Assembly (NCBI GenBank): GCA_002633005.1
Contig: NMRA01000026.1
Coordinates: 701,816 to 765,815, forward strand
Origin: Phoronis australis
Lineage: Eukaryota > Animalia > Phoronida
Direction: 5' to 3'
Length of the DNA stretch: 64,000 bases
Positions 10,701 through 25,700 of this stretch are shown here, one piece after another. The position numbers were made by a program, and so were the translations under genes. The stretch's first letter is position 1. The number at the start of each line of letters is the position of its first letter. Below the pieces are notes generated by a model, which ran no database searches, was not told the DNA's origin, and saw only the letters and a list, made by a program, of their open reading frames with translations.

Positions 10701-13700
10701 GTCCTGAGTATCCTGATTGATTGGTCAGCAGTCTGTGGATACAGCCACCTCGTTATCAGTTTGACGATGGCAAATCAATGTTTACCTTGTCCAGCTTCCT
10801 GCTTTCTTCAGATAAGCTCATGTAATCCAGCAATTATGTTGTAAACAGCGCGCATGACGCTAACCGCATTTAAAAATACTATTTGCAAACCACTTTCAAC
10901 AAATGTCGTGAAGCAGATTGTGTTTTGTTTGAAATATTTTCACCATAAAACTTCAAATGGAGAAAAAAAGGTTGACTTTCAGAGAAATTGGACTTAATTT
11001 TCACCTGTTGATTCCTTTGTGTGACTGTAAGCTCTGACCAGCTTAACCACAGTATTGTATACCAACACAAAAGGCTTGCTTGACAAGTTTAATCAAGCGG
11101 GATTCTAGATTAGATCCGGATAGTGGAAATTTCTTGATTTTTACACTCCAGGAGAATGGTGCATAAAATAGGAGTCCTTCTTCAGCTCATGTGAGTGCTT
11201 TGAAGGAAACAGTCCGGCTATTAAAGTGATAGTGAAGCACCAGCTGTATTTTGGAGCAACTCAAACTGCCAGCAAAATGCCAGCAAGACCGACCGTTGAA
11301 CTGGCGTTCTCATTACTAACAAAAATGTTTGTGAAACTGCTGATATTGTCAAGTATGACCCAGTTGTACTAACTGTTATCTAATATTTGTCATGTAACAA
11401 ATCAGTTAGTAGGTACAGTAGTCATGGTTACTGTGCCATGTTTTTTAATGTTCAAACATTATGTGTTGTCAATATCATTTTCATTTTGATCTCAGTGTAT
11501 TCTTAATGTGTTACAATTTTCAGATGACTTCCTGTATACAGGCATGTGTTCACCTCTACAAAGATTCATGTTTCAGCAGTGACTTAAGCAGAGTGTATGT
11601 ATGTTAATTTTCGGTTAAAAATTTTGCAGTGTACATAATTATTCGCTATACATTTCTGTATAGTAACCACGCATAACTGCGCAGTTGGCACATAACTTTT
11701 GAGTTGTTGAAATTTTGTGTCAAAATTATGTGCGTTTAATATGATCAGAGTCTTTTATTCCAACTTGTTTTCCGTGAAGTAATACGAGAAGAATGGCGAT
11801 CACCAAACTTTACTCAAGTCCCTTCAAGACGCATTCAGAAACGAAAACTAAATTCTAGTTGCTATGGAGGTTAATTAAATGTCAGCACATTTTGAAACTT
11901 AGTGAAGTTTTCCTGTAAAGGAGGTTTGAAAAATGTTATTTTTGTAGGCGGATTTTTCAAATGAAAAAGTGCAGGGTATGTACTTTGTAACTTGAAATTT
12001 ATCTATTCATGGTGGTTGTAATTTTAGTGAGGAGGCAGTGTGGTGTAGTGTGATGGTCTCCGCATTCTTTACTCGGTCGTGGGTTTGAGTCCCACTGGGC
12101 CACACTGCTAGACCCTTGAGTCAGGTTTCTAGCTCCTCAGCTCCGTTTTAAATATATATTAATAAAGCACAAAAATATTTCCAGGTGATCAGTGCAATGG
12201 GCCCACATGCACGGCCTGCGCACGTCTGGTACAACGTGTTATTATTATTTTTTAATTGTAATTTTAGTATCTGCCCCAGTGTATAACAAGGTATCAACTT
12301 GTGAAGAAAGTGAGGCTTATAATAAATTGTACTTTTTATTGAGTACTTTTTCGAGAAAGCCAAGGTAGCAGTCTTAGAGTTTTCAAGTAATTTTGAATTC
12401 CCAAATTTGCTTAAGATTTTACTCATGAATTTTTGGTGGTCACACTTTACCGAGTTCTTTCCAAGATTTTGAGCACTTTGGTTTCATGCGTTTTGGTGGT
12501 CTCCAAAACATGTGAGGAATTGCTCAGTCGTAATAAATTAATGAAAGGGACTGGGTAAAGTTTAGCCCTGATGCGTGTTTCACGAATGCATTTGTCCTAT
12601 GGTCTCTGAGCAGACATGTTCATTAGGCTTGAACTAGCACAATAGGTGGCATTGCTGCATGGTCCTGGACACTTTTATATAGCTTCCGCGACCTTACTGT
12701 TATGTTTCAGACCACCTGGCATGTATACGGGCATGGTTGTGATACTGAGAGCAATGTACCAAGCATCCAGTGGCCCGTATTGTGATACTGTGAAGGATAT
12801 GAGTCATCAGATGACAGCTGCTTTACTGCGTGCCAACATCAAGGATGCTTCTGAGGTATTCCTCTGTGTTCTCATACTAAGGGTGCACAATTGACACATC
12901 CCGTTTTCAGCTATCCTCTTTTGCTGAATTTGAAAAACTGACTATATGACTGACCTAGTTTTCCAAAAGTAGGGCCGCTAACACACCTGTGTTAATCCTA
13001 GGAACCAGTTAAAGATACTGGTTCCTAGGTTAAGCCGAACAAGTGAAGATCGATTTGTCATGCCTCATTTAGCTTTTTGAAAATTTTCCTCACTGCAACT
13101 CACCATTAAAGGGTAAAACTTTATTGTTGCCAGAATGACAAATGAACTAATTTTGTTATAAAATTGTGATTATCACGACAGCAATGTACATCTGTGGCAG
13201 GGGCCTAGAACCCTACAGCGCACAGCATTGTGGGTAAATACTACAGAATCAGAGAGGTCATTTTGGGACGTAGCTATTATTTAGTTAAATACATAGTTAC
13301 CAAAAGAAAAATTACCAGTCCATGGACGAATGATGATGTCTGCGTGTGGTGTGAGTTATTACACTGGTGCTCTCTGTGTGTTTGGTGACAAGTCTGTTTC
13401 TTCCAGGGCTTGGAATTTTCCTATTTTAGAAGATTTCCTCTTTTTTGGTTTTGATATCTTCTTATTTGATTTCCAGTTTCCTCTTAGAATGATATGTCAC
13501 CTGGAAAATGTTCCTGTTTTTGTCATTGGACAATACAGGCAGTGTTCTTCTTACAGGAACTCTACGAGTGTACAGCCGCAGTAGTGTCTTTAGCCCTCAT
13601 CAGTAACATACTTGATGTGACCAAAGTGAAGGACATTCTCTCACGGCTTGAAAAAGATTACAGTGCAAATCCAAAAGTTGGTACCAGTACGATGTTTCTC

Positions 13701-16700
13701 AGTCACTAACGAAACATACATGCCAGATTTTCCATTAAACTAAATAAACTGCAGCTTAGGGCTTTGTACAAAATAGAGACCCCCTCATCGTCTCCATAGG
13801 GGCTTAATCAACGGGTTTGTTAGGGGGAGATGGAGAGCTAGAAAATTGTAGCGGCTGGGGGTAAACATTTTGGTGACCAGTAATCGGTAGCTCAAAAACG
13901 CAGAGGGATTTTAATAGTCAGGGCCTCCAGACTTTTCATAGCTCAGAGAGCCCGAGAAAACTTTGCACACTATTATGCTCTAGTCAATGCTGATATACAC
14001 TCCCAAGTAAAACTTAAGTCGCAACAAACGCCATGTGACTCTAAGGTAACTTGTAAGTTTTTCCGTATGTATGATTCTCTCATTTCTAGTGATGTCCGTT
14101 GACACTAGACTTTCTCCCAACTGTTATGGCTTTAAACAGTTAGTAACTGCAATGTTGATTTAAACGAAGCTGCAAAAATGATTATTTTTCATGGAAATAG
14201 TTTCCTGCTGCTGTCCCATTGCATCATATTGTATTGTACAGTCTGCAGAATTGTATTGCATTGTATTGTGCAGAATAGTGTAGTGCAGAATTGTATTGTA
14301 TTGTATTGTATTGTGCAGGATTGTGTAGTGAAAAATTGTATTGTGTTGTATTGTATTGTGCAAAATTCTATTGCATTGTATTGTGTTTCATAGAATCGAA
14401 TTTTATTGTATTGCGCAGCATTCTATTGTATTGTACTGTAAAATTGATATATACACTCGGGTCCTGTTGGAAAGTGGTATTTTCAATCAAGAAGTAACCC
14501 ACGTTTTGTTTTGTTTATTCAGAATACTGGCTTGTGTCTTGCCATCGGACATATCTCGTTGGCATGTGGTAGCCTTAGTTTGCCTGACTTTAACTTGACC
14601 AGTGAGAAGTATGAAACAGAATGGCAGGCTCACATACTAAAGGTACTGTTATGTCTTGAACGCTGCACTGTCTTCTGTGACTATAGAAAGTGATGTTAGA
14701 TAATTCTCTTTTCTCTAAAATTTGGTCAATTTTTTCCATAATAATGACTGATTTGGCAAAACATTTACTCATTGGGTGTGAATCTTGATTTAGGAGAAGG
14801 CCTTAAAAAGGTCAGTCATGTATGAAAACTGGCCATCAACTGTTTGCATGTGAATCCGTGTGACGGCCTGATTTCATGATCACTTGCGTTTTCTCCATTT
14901 TGCATATGAATCATGAAAAAGTCGGAAGAAGAATTTGAAAATATGTAAACATTTGCTCCACCTCACCCCGGCCTCAGAAATAGTTTCATCCAGGTTTAAC
15001 ATGTCATCTACCCACAGAACTTGGCAATGGTGAGGTCAATTCTGAACCTATACTGCCCTCATTTACCCACCATCATAATAGGATGGCGATCTTATATAAC
15101 CAGGCAAGACCTCATAATATCTGATTCAGATAATACCATGTAATGACAAAATCAATACAGTTTAATTGACACAGCCAACTCAATCGAAAGACTGCCTGTA
15201 AATAGATGACCACAAAATTCTGTAACTATTTAGAAAGCACAACATTGACCTTTTTACTGTTTGAGAATTATTGGATATAGGTTTTAGATGCCATCTTTTG
15301 ACTGGAAATATAGTTGTACGTTCTGTGGCTTCATGCTGCTGAAAAACTGGTGTCCCACAATCCATTCCAGATATCTCACAAATCTGTAACCGTAAAAATG
15401 TCAGTGTTTTTGTCATGAATGATAATAGAATGCCTGCGTTATTTACAGGGTGACTCCACCCTGGCCTGTCTCAACGGTCTTGCTGCTCTTGTTGGTGGTG
15501 ACTGGATAGTGTCTGGTGTAAGTTAGGATCACTTATATTGACTCTGTGTTGCACACTGTTACACCTTGATATTCTGGTTTTGGTTCTTAAGGTTTGGTTG
15601 TTAAATTCAGAACATCACATCTCTGAAATGACTGATGATATTCTTATGAAACTTCTCATGTAGCATGCTTTATACACTCTTCCCAAAACTATGCTAGAAA
15701 TAGTTATTTTTGAACTTTTCCACTTTTGCATGAGGGTCAAAAAATAGGACTTTATGATGTGCATAAAATGAAAATGAAATATTTTAGAAAAATAACGGTA
15801 TTTTTGAGATCACATCTTAAATATTTATATCAAATACAATTGAATCATGCTATTGACACCGTTGTTTTGTTATCAATGTACCTTTTTGAGTAATTTCACA
15901 AAAACCATGGTCACATGACCCAATCAATGGCAGTTTGGTAGAATGTCAAAAATCAAATTCCACATGCTTTCTACTTTCAGAAAATACGTACTGATTTTAC
16001 ATATGTAAAATCTTATTGTTTTGTTAGATATTTGTCTGAATGCTCAGTCGTGTCAATAAAGTCCTACATACCTTCAATGCTGCTATCGCCCCTTCTGTGA
16101 AATTCAAATACTTAATTAACAGCTCATTATTTAAAATTTAATGGCTCATTGTTATCAAAATGGCATAGGCAAGAAATTGAATTTCAAGCCTCAAAAGTGG
16201 GGCTACCTTTATTAATATAGGTCAGCCCCCAGCAAGTGGGACCCTTTTGTATAAATTTTGAACGCTCCGTCCAAAGACAGCCGAACAGCTGGGGCAACTG
16301 TATATTAAATAAGCCCACTATTAAATTTCTTGCCCATGTCAGTTTAGTAAGAATAATTCGTTTTAGGTAATAAGCTGTTAGTTCTAATTTAGTCCACTTA
16401 CCATATAGTAAACTGGTCTTGACTCGTCCATTTCTCAAATTAGAAGTGATTTCTAAGTTGAGGAATAAAGTTACTGTTTACTACCATTTGAAACCGAGCT
16501 TACTAAGTGGGTTTGACCTGTTTGGTCATTTGTTATGCCAAGCGTTGTATACTGTCTCAATTAAATAGCAAGCTAATGTAAATGCCGAAAGGAAATATTA
16601 AGTACTACCACTGAAATTGCATTTCGTGCGAATTACAGCCAATACTGAGGCAAAGATTTGAATATTAGGTAGTATGCCAGTTTGTTTTGCAACGGCTTAG

Positions 16701-19700
16701 AAATTCTGCAGACAATCTTAAATTTTTCAGTGTGGAAAAGTAGGGATTAAGCTTATCTATAAATCTGACATTCATACTTCAGTTCACGCCATAAATAATT
16801 GCACAAAAAAATTATAACGTGTAGTTACCTGGCTGCCTAACTAGTCATTCTTGTTCCTCACAAGGGGAATTCTGCTTGGCGACTGAGCTGTAGTGATGGG
16901 AATTCGAGATAATTTTGTACAGTTGTCTTGTCTTGTCTTGTCTTGTCTTATACAGTTATAATGCAGATGAGTGACCACCAGACTGACCAGTTGATTTTGT
17001 GTGCGTGCAGGGTCTCCTAGACTTGTCTACAGTGAAGAAGACCTCTGTGTCAGACGTAGTGAAATGCCTGACTAATGTCGTCTGCAGTCGTGAAGCAGAC
17101 GCTACTGCTCAAGGACATGCGCTCTGGCTTCTTGTTAACATTTATGTCTCGATGACGGGGCGAGGTAAGATCTTCAATTTGGAATGCAAGAAATCGTCAA
17201 TATTGTCGTTTTTAAATTCAGGCTTAAATCAAAATGCTTGCAAAAGGTTGTTGACAGCTACACGCTGGTATATAATAACTTAGAATTTATTAAACATCTT
17301 AAAATTTGCTTTCTGTCATGTTTGACTGCTAGTCACTTACAGGGGTCCCCCATTTTGAGAACCAGTTTCTTCCCTGAATAACTGGCGCCAAACAGGTTCT
17401 CAAAATCCGTGATGCCTTTAAGTGACTGTTGCCTATTTTACTGCAGCAATGGTTAGGTTAGATATTGTTAGATACGTCAGTTTATGGGTCTTTTCACTGT
17501 TGAAGTCTATCAATTTACAGTTGGAGAGAAGCAACTTCAAAGAATTTAATGAATACTGCTTTGATTTAACTATTAGGGTGGATCACGTTCTCAATTAAGA
17601 AGTATCTAATATGCTGTTTAGACAGCAATCAATGTGTCCACAACCTGTCTATTCCGTCCATTGTATTGTATTGTAGTGTAAAATTAGGAGCTCTTGCTCT
17701 GTAATTGAAGACGCCTGAAATGGTTTCCAGCGGCGAGTTTAACGATGTCAAAATTGAGATTATAGTAATGTGTCATTTTATATCAGACTAATTAATGCAT
17801 GTTATAACCAAGTAGTGCCACCTAGTGAGGTAGTCCAGGAGATTCTGCCATCTTGGTTCTAATTCTTGCCACTTCTCGATGGGAGATTTAAATTCGGTCA
17901 GAAGTTTTGATCGCAAAATCACCAATTGATATCCGTTTTTATTATGAATCTGGTCTCTGTGTTAATTTGTATGGTTCACATATACTGTAGCATGTGCTTT
18001 AGATTTTACAAAATTGTTTTTGTTGAATTTTGTTGGATTGAGCAAAATTAATGTGAGTATAAGTGAATATAGGCAGACACCACATTGTGTTTCTCCAAAA
18101 CCAAAGTAGTTGTTAGGGAGATGGTGTTATGGCTTTCCATCCCTATTAATACATATGCTAGAGTACATCTGTTGCCCTTGACATGTTGTATGTTACAGGA
18201 GCCACTGCTACGGCAGCGCCATCTTCCTATAAATATTTGCCTGAAGGTAGTGTCTTGAAAGCAGCTATGGATCTGCTGATGTCCAGAGGTATGTTTTAAC
18301 TTAACAGTAGTTCTTGAAGCTCAATAACACAGATCTGTTGTCCTATAAAGTCATTTTTGCTTGTGAAAGGTTTAAAGTTTGTATGTTCCATATTTTCAAT
18401 TTCATCCGATGCATTCCTTGTCAAGTGGACACTCCCCAAAATACCACAGTGCTGTCTCTGATTCTGCATCATTTACCCACTATGCTTGGCAACTCTAGGA
18501 CTCCTAGGCCACATTTGTACACTGCTGTCCTGTTAATCACTATTTCATTGATTAAAATAAGTTCACCAGTAGTCATTGTTAATAGATTTAGTCGTGCATA
18601 GTTTGTAGCAATGCAGTCATCAACATTTTTATTCCCTTCATATCATTCGTGCATGCCCTGTCATTTAAGTCTCTATACTCACCTAAGAGTTGCACGTGCC
18701 CGAATGTTAGTGTTTTTATTTTTGTTTGTATTTTATACTGAAGAATAAAAAATGTGCATTTTATACCATATTTTATTTAAATTCAACAAGCTCGACAAAT
18801 TTGATATGTTGTGGATGTGTTGTGTATCATTTTTGATTGCCCGTGACAACTCAACGATGCGAGATATTTCGTAACTACATGAAATCGGTCAATGCATTTC
18901 AGCTACTGTTGAAAGATGAATAATACCATTTGGGCGGTGCATTATTATGTAGTATGGTATAGTGCGATGTAGTAGTAGTAGTATTTATTTATTATAGTGA
19001 CAAGTACAATTAAATCAAACAGTTATAGGTATAACATTCGTAAGAAAGATAAGTACCCAGCTCAGTTGGGCTTATTAGTCAATTTAACCACACAACTCAG
19101 ATGTAGGCCTACCATAAATGCATCGGTTTCTAAGTTCAAAAGCAGACTTGATATATTTGGCAAATTGCCTAGGGAAATACTGAAATAGCAGTTTTAACGT
19201 ATCTAATCTACTGAAATCTGCAAAGTTCGGGATTTGAAGTGAAACATTATTAAACAGAATAGACCTCCGTGAGTTATAAAGAGAACAATCAAACACAAAA
19301 TGTAGCTCATCCTCCACAGAACCAGAATCACAACACAAGCAAAGTCTTTCACTTACAGGAGTGTTTACATAACAACCAGTTTCCAAGTGCAATGGGAGAT
19401 TTCCTGTTCTAAGCTGAGCCAGAAGAGACCGCTCGGAACGAGTTAAATTAATCTTTACATACGGCTAAAAACTCGTGCTTAAATAAAATGCAGGTTCTTA
19501 ACTTGGGTTTTGTTACAACAGAATCAGCCCAAGCATGTTTTGCGTATTCAAACACTTTGTTTCTAGCGTCTACTATGTTACAAGTAGTCAAATTTTGAAA
19601 ACATATGGGTAGTCAGCCTTCTGTTTTATATTGCTAGATGCGTAACCGTCTGTAATAAGTATTTAGACACGTAGAACACAAATTTTGCCCAAACACTGCA

Positions 19701-22700
19701 AATTAAAGTCGTACCTGTGGTAGTCGCAAGGCCTGAATAAAGCAAAATGTAGTATCAGTTCCTAACCAAAACAGAAAAAATTTTTAATAAAAGAAGTCGC
19801 AGTGTATGCAAAAATGCCAGCATTTTCCACTCTCATGCCTGATCTCGACACCATCTTGTCGCTGAGTTATGTCAACAGTTAACCTAATGACCTGGTTTGT
19901 ACTTGAATGCCATTGGTTGATTTAGAAATGAGACCAACCCTCAAGATCTTAATCTGGGGGAACCAGAAACAGATGTTGAATTCTCTATTTTGAAGGTGGT
20001 CTTTTTAATCGGCAAATTTCTTTAATTTTGGGTTGCTAATTCTAATGCAGGAAACGTGAACAGAACAGAGGATGATTATTTTATAATCCAGGTACGCTTT
20101 TAAACTATTGTGAAGCCTGAAGGTTGTACATTCCACATTTCGTGAAATTTCCTTGACAACTGCCGCTTGAAAAAACTGCACGCAAAGCCAGCACATTTGA
20201 ATAGCAGTGGTTTGTGACTGTATTTTGCAGACTCTCAACAAGATGACCTGGCCATCTTGAAACTGTTTGATGGTATTGTGCTGCCACCTATCAACTGGAT
20301 GTCTGTACTTAATCCTATAATGAGAACTTCTCCAGGTTGGTAGTTAATTGGTGGTCTGTTGGTTTAGTCAACACTTCCAATCTGTGTGTTATGGTTCTAC
20401 ACTTATCACAAGCATATTTCATTGAATTCCTGTCTGTTGCAGTTCTTATAAAGAATTTTCGCGTCCATTCGTTTAAGCTGCTGGTGTGGTTTTTCTAATG
20501 TCACCATCTAGTGAGTTGGTAGAACACCTAATGGTTGCCATCGGGATTTTTAAAATCACTTATTGTTTCATTGTCGAAATAACTAATAACTAAGCATATT
20601 TAATGCCACATGGCATCATGAAACATGAAATTGCCTTTTGCTGTGTCAGCCTCCGTTTTGTATTTTCTTTATCTCGCATCCTGAAATATTGTATGTCAGG
20701 GGTGCGTTCCATGGACACAGTGAAGTTTGCGTAAAAAACAAGATAACGTAAGTTCACGTGAAATCATGCGAATGTAAGACGAGTGATACTCAAGTATGGT
20801 CACCCTAGCAAAGTGGCAACCTCTATGGATGAAGTTGGAATGTTGAATTATGAGAAAGAATTCTTTGTTTCCTTTCCTTGAGCGGAGACTTCTCAGCACG
20901 AGTGCTTCGTGAGTGTCTCGCCTCAACATATTGCAGCCTTGGCCTTAACATTCATGTCCTCTTGACCTCATTTCAGGAAGCTCGGTGCAGACCCAATGTA
21001 TTACAGTTGCGTTACAACAGATGCCCACATCCCCCTCTGCAGCACAGTTTGTATTTTCGTGGGCTCTGCCTCCACAGTTGGACAGTTTAAATGTGAGTTT
21101 ACTCAGAATTGAGGCATTTTGGGAAACAATTTGGAACACCTGAGGTCAGGAAATCAGGGAAAATTGTTCTAACGTGTTATTAAAATAATTTTATTTATGG
21201 GAAATATACTTTACAAATATTGAAAGCAGTCCCAAGAGTATATGTTCATCTAGAAAGTAATTTGAAAGAAAACCATGATTAAGAAATTTTCTTTAGCATT
21301 ATTATGCTGCTGATAACTTTTAGTTTCTTTGCTTTGCAGATACTGATTTCCAAATTTAAAAAGTTTAAGATATCTTACAGTATGTGTAACAGAGCAAGTC
21401 TCCACTGAACCTCAAAATATGTATTTTCTCTCATCAGGCATTCGTTTCAGTTCAATTTGCACATGATAACGATCAACTTTCCATGAAAGCAAAAGAAGGG
21501 AAACACCCTTCTCCTAAGCCTGTCGCTAGCGAAGTGCCCGACACATACAGTCGCGCCCACATGCCCACGTAACAAAGGCGCACTGAGACGCAACAAAGAC
21601 ATTAGCATAAGAATAACTGAACATTTGTAACTAAATAAGAATAACAATAAGCGTAAAGTTACGAACGTCCCGTCACANNNNNNNNNNNNNNNNNNNNNNN
21701 NNNNNNNNNNNNNNNNNNNNNNNNNNNNNNNNNNNNNNNNNNNNNNNNNNNNNNNNNNNNNNNNNNNNNNNNNNNNNNNNNNNNNNNNNNNNNNNNNNNN
21801 NNNNNNNNNNNNNNNNNNNNNNNNNNNNNNNNNNNNNNNNNNNNNNNNNNNNNNNNNNNNNNNNNNNNNNNNNNNNNNNNNNNNNNNNNNNNNNNNNNNN
21901 NNNNNNNNNNNNNNNNNNNNNNNNNNNNNNNNNNNNNNNNNNNNNNNNNNNNNNNNNNNNNNNNNNNNNNNNNNNNNNNNNNNNNNNNNNNNNNNNNNNN
22001 NNNNNNNNNNNNNNNNNNNNNNNNNNNNNNNNNNNNNNNNNNNNNNNNNNNNNNNNNNNNNNNNNNNNNNNNNNNNNNNNNNNNNNNNNNNNNNNNNNNN
22101 NNNNNNNNNNNNNNNNNNNNNNNNNNNNNNNNNNNNNNNNNNNNNNNNNNNNNNNNNNNNNNNNNNNNNNNNNNNNNNNNNNNNNNNNNNNNNNNNNNNN
22201 NNNNNNNNNNNNNNNNNNNNNNNNNNNNNNNNNNNNNNNNNNNNNNNNNNNNNNNNNNNNNNNNNNNNNNNNNNNNNNNNNNNNNNNNNNNNNNNNNNNN
22301 NNNNNNNNNNNNNNNNNNNNNNNNNNNNNNNNNNNNNNNNNNNNNNNNNNNNNNNNNNNNNNCCTCCTTCCCTCCCTTCCTCCCACCCTCCTTCCCTCCC
22401 TCTCCCCTCCTTCCCTCCCTTCCCCCTCCTTCCCTCCTTCCCCCCTCCTCAGACAGTAAACATAGTTAAGTCAAACTCCAGTATTTATTTGATTCTATCA
22501 AGCAGAGCCGCACTGATGCTGTGGTTACCACACCCCAAGTGAAATAGGTACAGCATTTGCTCTTATACTGCATCAGCATGAGTTTCTCATATTTCATTTT
22601 CTAACCAAACAAAGACACTGCTAAAGACACTTAATTGTCAGATAGCTATGAAACATCTATTGGTTTCACCGTTCATTTTGGATTCTAAAACAATGAGTGA

Positions 22701-25700
22701 AAACCCGTTGCAACCATTCTAATTCAAAACTGTTCACATTTCATAGGTCATCTGCACTGAGCACATCTGAAGTGCTGTCTTGACAGTAAGGTGTTTTGGT
22801 GCAATAAGTCTGTGTGTATTTAGTGCACAATATGTCTAGTGAAATTCCATTTTGTTATGTTTCTCCACAAAAAGACAGATTAAGAAAATTTCAGTCTGTT
22901 ACTAGCATGGTCTAGATGTCGTTTAAGTTTACGTAACTTTTGGTAAATTTTCCATTGTTTGTCTTTGAAAAATGGAAAATAACAATTTTGCTTATAATTT
23001 TTGTGTGAAATAAGTGGAGATTTACTGTAGGTGCTATTACATCAACTTTATCCGTCAACCTGAAGGTCAAACAAAGTTGTCATAGCAACACATTCGCGAG
23101 AAAAGCTTAATGGGTGATCACATACATCTCTAGTAATACATCGCGGTATCTTGCAAAATCTTGCATAATGTCACATTTGCACGAGTTTTTTCATCTACAG
23201 AACTTGGCCCAGGATTCAGGGGTCACATTCTCATCAGGTACTGCTTCATTGAGACGGACAATTCATAATGAAAGTAGCAAGTGTTCATTTGTGATGAGGG
23301 AACAAATGGGTTGGGAAGTGGGCTCTGGCAAGACATCGACTGCATTCATCTGATAAAACACCCTTGGCAAGGCAGCCACAATTTGACGTATCGTTAAAAG
23401 TTTTTGTTGCATCTGTACGATGTATGGTAAAATTTCACCAACTTTGTACAAAAAGTTGTAAAAAATGACCTTCTTTTCATTTGGAAGGGTCTGTAAGATG
23501 TTTGTGAATACACATAATTTTTCAAAACTTTTTGGTAGCTGTGGTGCAAAACTTGAACAATGGTAAGCATTTAATTAGGTGCTGTATGTGTTTCATTGAA
23601 AAAATGATATAATAAGATTTTTCTAGTCGTCCATCTTGTGTTCTGAATTGGTGAGATTTTACCATATTGACCATGTGCTGATGAGTTTTTGACAAAATCA
23701 AAATAGATGCGAGATTTAGCATTTTGTTTAAGATTTTATCACCCTTTGTTTTAGTTCTATGTATTAGGAGTCAGTATAACTGTGAAACCTGATTTCAAGA
23801 ATATGTGCAGGATGTGAATACAATTTAACATGCAATCACCCTTCGTTCCAGCTGTACGAGGTATTGGCGGAGTGCCTATCTTATCTTCCTGATGCTACCA
23901 TTGACCATCTTCTTGAGACTGTCAGTACCAAAGACCTGACTCAGACTCTCTATATGTCAGCATGGCTAGTCAGACATGGTAAACAACCCATTGGGATCCT
24001 CAACCACGCCATCGATGCTACTGTCCGGTCCATGTCAAACAAGTGAGCTTCAGAATGATATATGTTACAACGTTGTCAACTAAAAACATAGAATTATTGG
24101 AAGTTCTTTTCAGGATCACTGCTTTGTGGATTGAATGGATACAGTGAGCGTTAGTCATGTTCACAAGAGAGACAGTTGTCACTGTGTCAGTTGTCGTGGT
24201 GCAACTTGCTCAACTTTAGTCGCATTTACGTGACACTAGATCGCAAACTGGATCAGTATGAGTCACTTACACCAAGACTGTCTGCGCATGCTCGCATAAA
24301 CAATAGCGAACGTCCAAACCAAATGGAATGCCAGCTGTTACCCATATATACGCTATTCCGCAAGCGCATTGAAAGATGATTCCTTCTGCCCTGCCCCAGT
24401 TGTGTTACGATGTGTAGTTGAAACTGGAGCAACCGATTGATTGCAACTCGCTCTATCTCTCAAAGCGGCGTCAAAAATGGCCACCACGGCATCAACTTAA
24501 TTGCTCCGTGTCAGTCGTGTTTACACACTCACTTGCTACCGATCACCTGTTCTGTGTTAGCTGCTCCAGGACAGCTGTCTCTCGTGTAAATGCAACTATT
24601 GAGTAGGATACCAGTGAAATTGTATCAATCTTTTTGCAGCCATTTTTTGTTAGAGCCAGCTGTGACAAGTAGAATACTACGGTCTGGTCATTACACGGTA
24701 TTTAATGTTTTCAGGTTTTTGTTCAGCCAGTTCATTGAATTTCATAAACAGAATATCATGGCCATGGGGTATGGAGATGGTTCTTTAATGTTGAGATAGC
24801 AAAGTTAGCCACAAAAACAATTGTCCATACTGCACCTTTATGTGAGGTCCTCATTGTAACTGTGTCAAACTGGGAACCTTGACTCGATATTTCAGAAAAC
24901 TTTTAATTTGTTAAAATATTTTTCACATCATGAGGTTTTTAAGATCTGACTAAAAGTTGAGGAACCTAAAGAAAAGCTCTTAATACATTTATTGTGCTGA
25001 GTATTGTGATGCTGTATTAACAGCGAAGGCATATATGGGGAATGAAAATAGCACCTGTTTTTATCCTTTTATAGATGTAACATAAATGAAGTTATCGCAA
25101 ACTTGTTCTGGTGCTTCTCCAATCTGAGCAACTCCGGCAAGGACACGTCCAAAGCCAAGCAGGATTGGCTAGTGGAACTCATAGGACACGTCAAGAACGT
25201 TGTGGCTGAAACCAAGGATGATAAATTACACGAGGCAAGTGTCTTTATTAAACATGCCACTTGGACATTATGTCCCCCACTGTAATCTAATTCCCAGCTA
25301 GTCATGTTCAAGGGATCCAAACCAGTTGACATACGAACCACAAACTTGCTAACTTTTATGTATCCAATTGTGGATAGTGTGGAAACACGCCTCCGTCTGG
25401 TATGTCCGTCAGAACCACTGCTCTATCCACCATGTCTGGAAGAGCCATCCTCCACTGTTGGAATTATGTTTTCTAACAAGCAGAATGCACTTGTTCATTG
25501 ACATTATCTGGCACTTTATTTTTAATGACTTCCCATAATTACATTCATATGTTTGCACTACTTTAAAATTGTAATGACGTCCCTATAATGTTGCCACGGC
25601 AGGATTCGGATAATTTACATTAATTGAATTCCATTTCAGGTCTACCTGCTGGTCGTCTGCACTGCACTGTGTTCTTGGACAGGTGGCAGCACCAGACAAC

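Noticed and set aside
12030-12110. Functional tRNA gene
   Set aside because: Only degenerate A/B boxes, with no convincing acceptor or anticodon stems. More consistent with a SINE relic.
14160-14598. Cys/Ile/Val-rich short ORFs
   Set aside because: Products of the (ATTGT)n simple repeat.
21673-22386. 237-aa ORF
   Set aside because: Translation of the N gap.
22363-22450. Polypyrimidine/G-quadruplex-prone tract as a regulatory element
   Set aside because: A simple low-complexity repeat at a gap edge, with no evidence of function.
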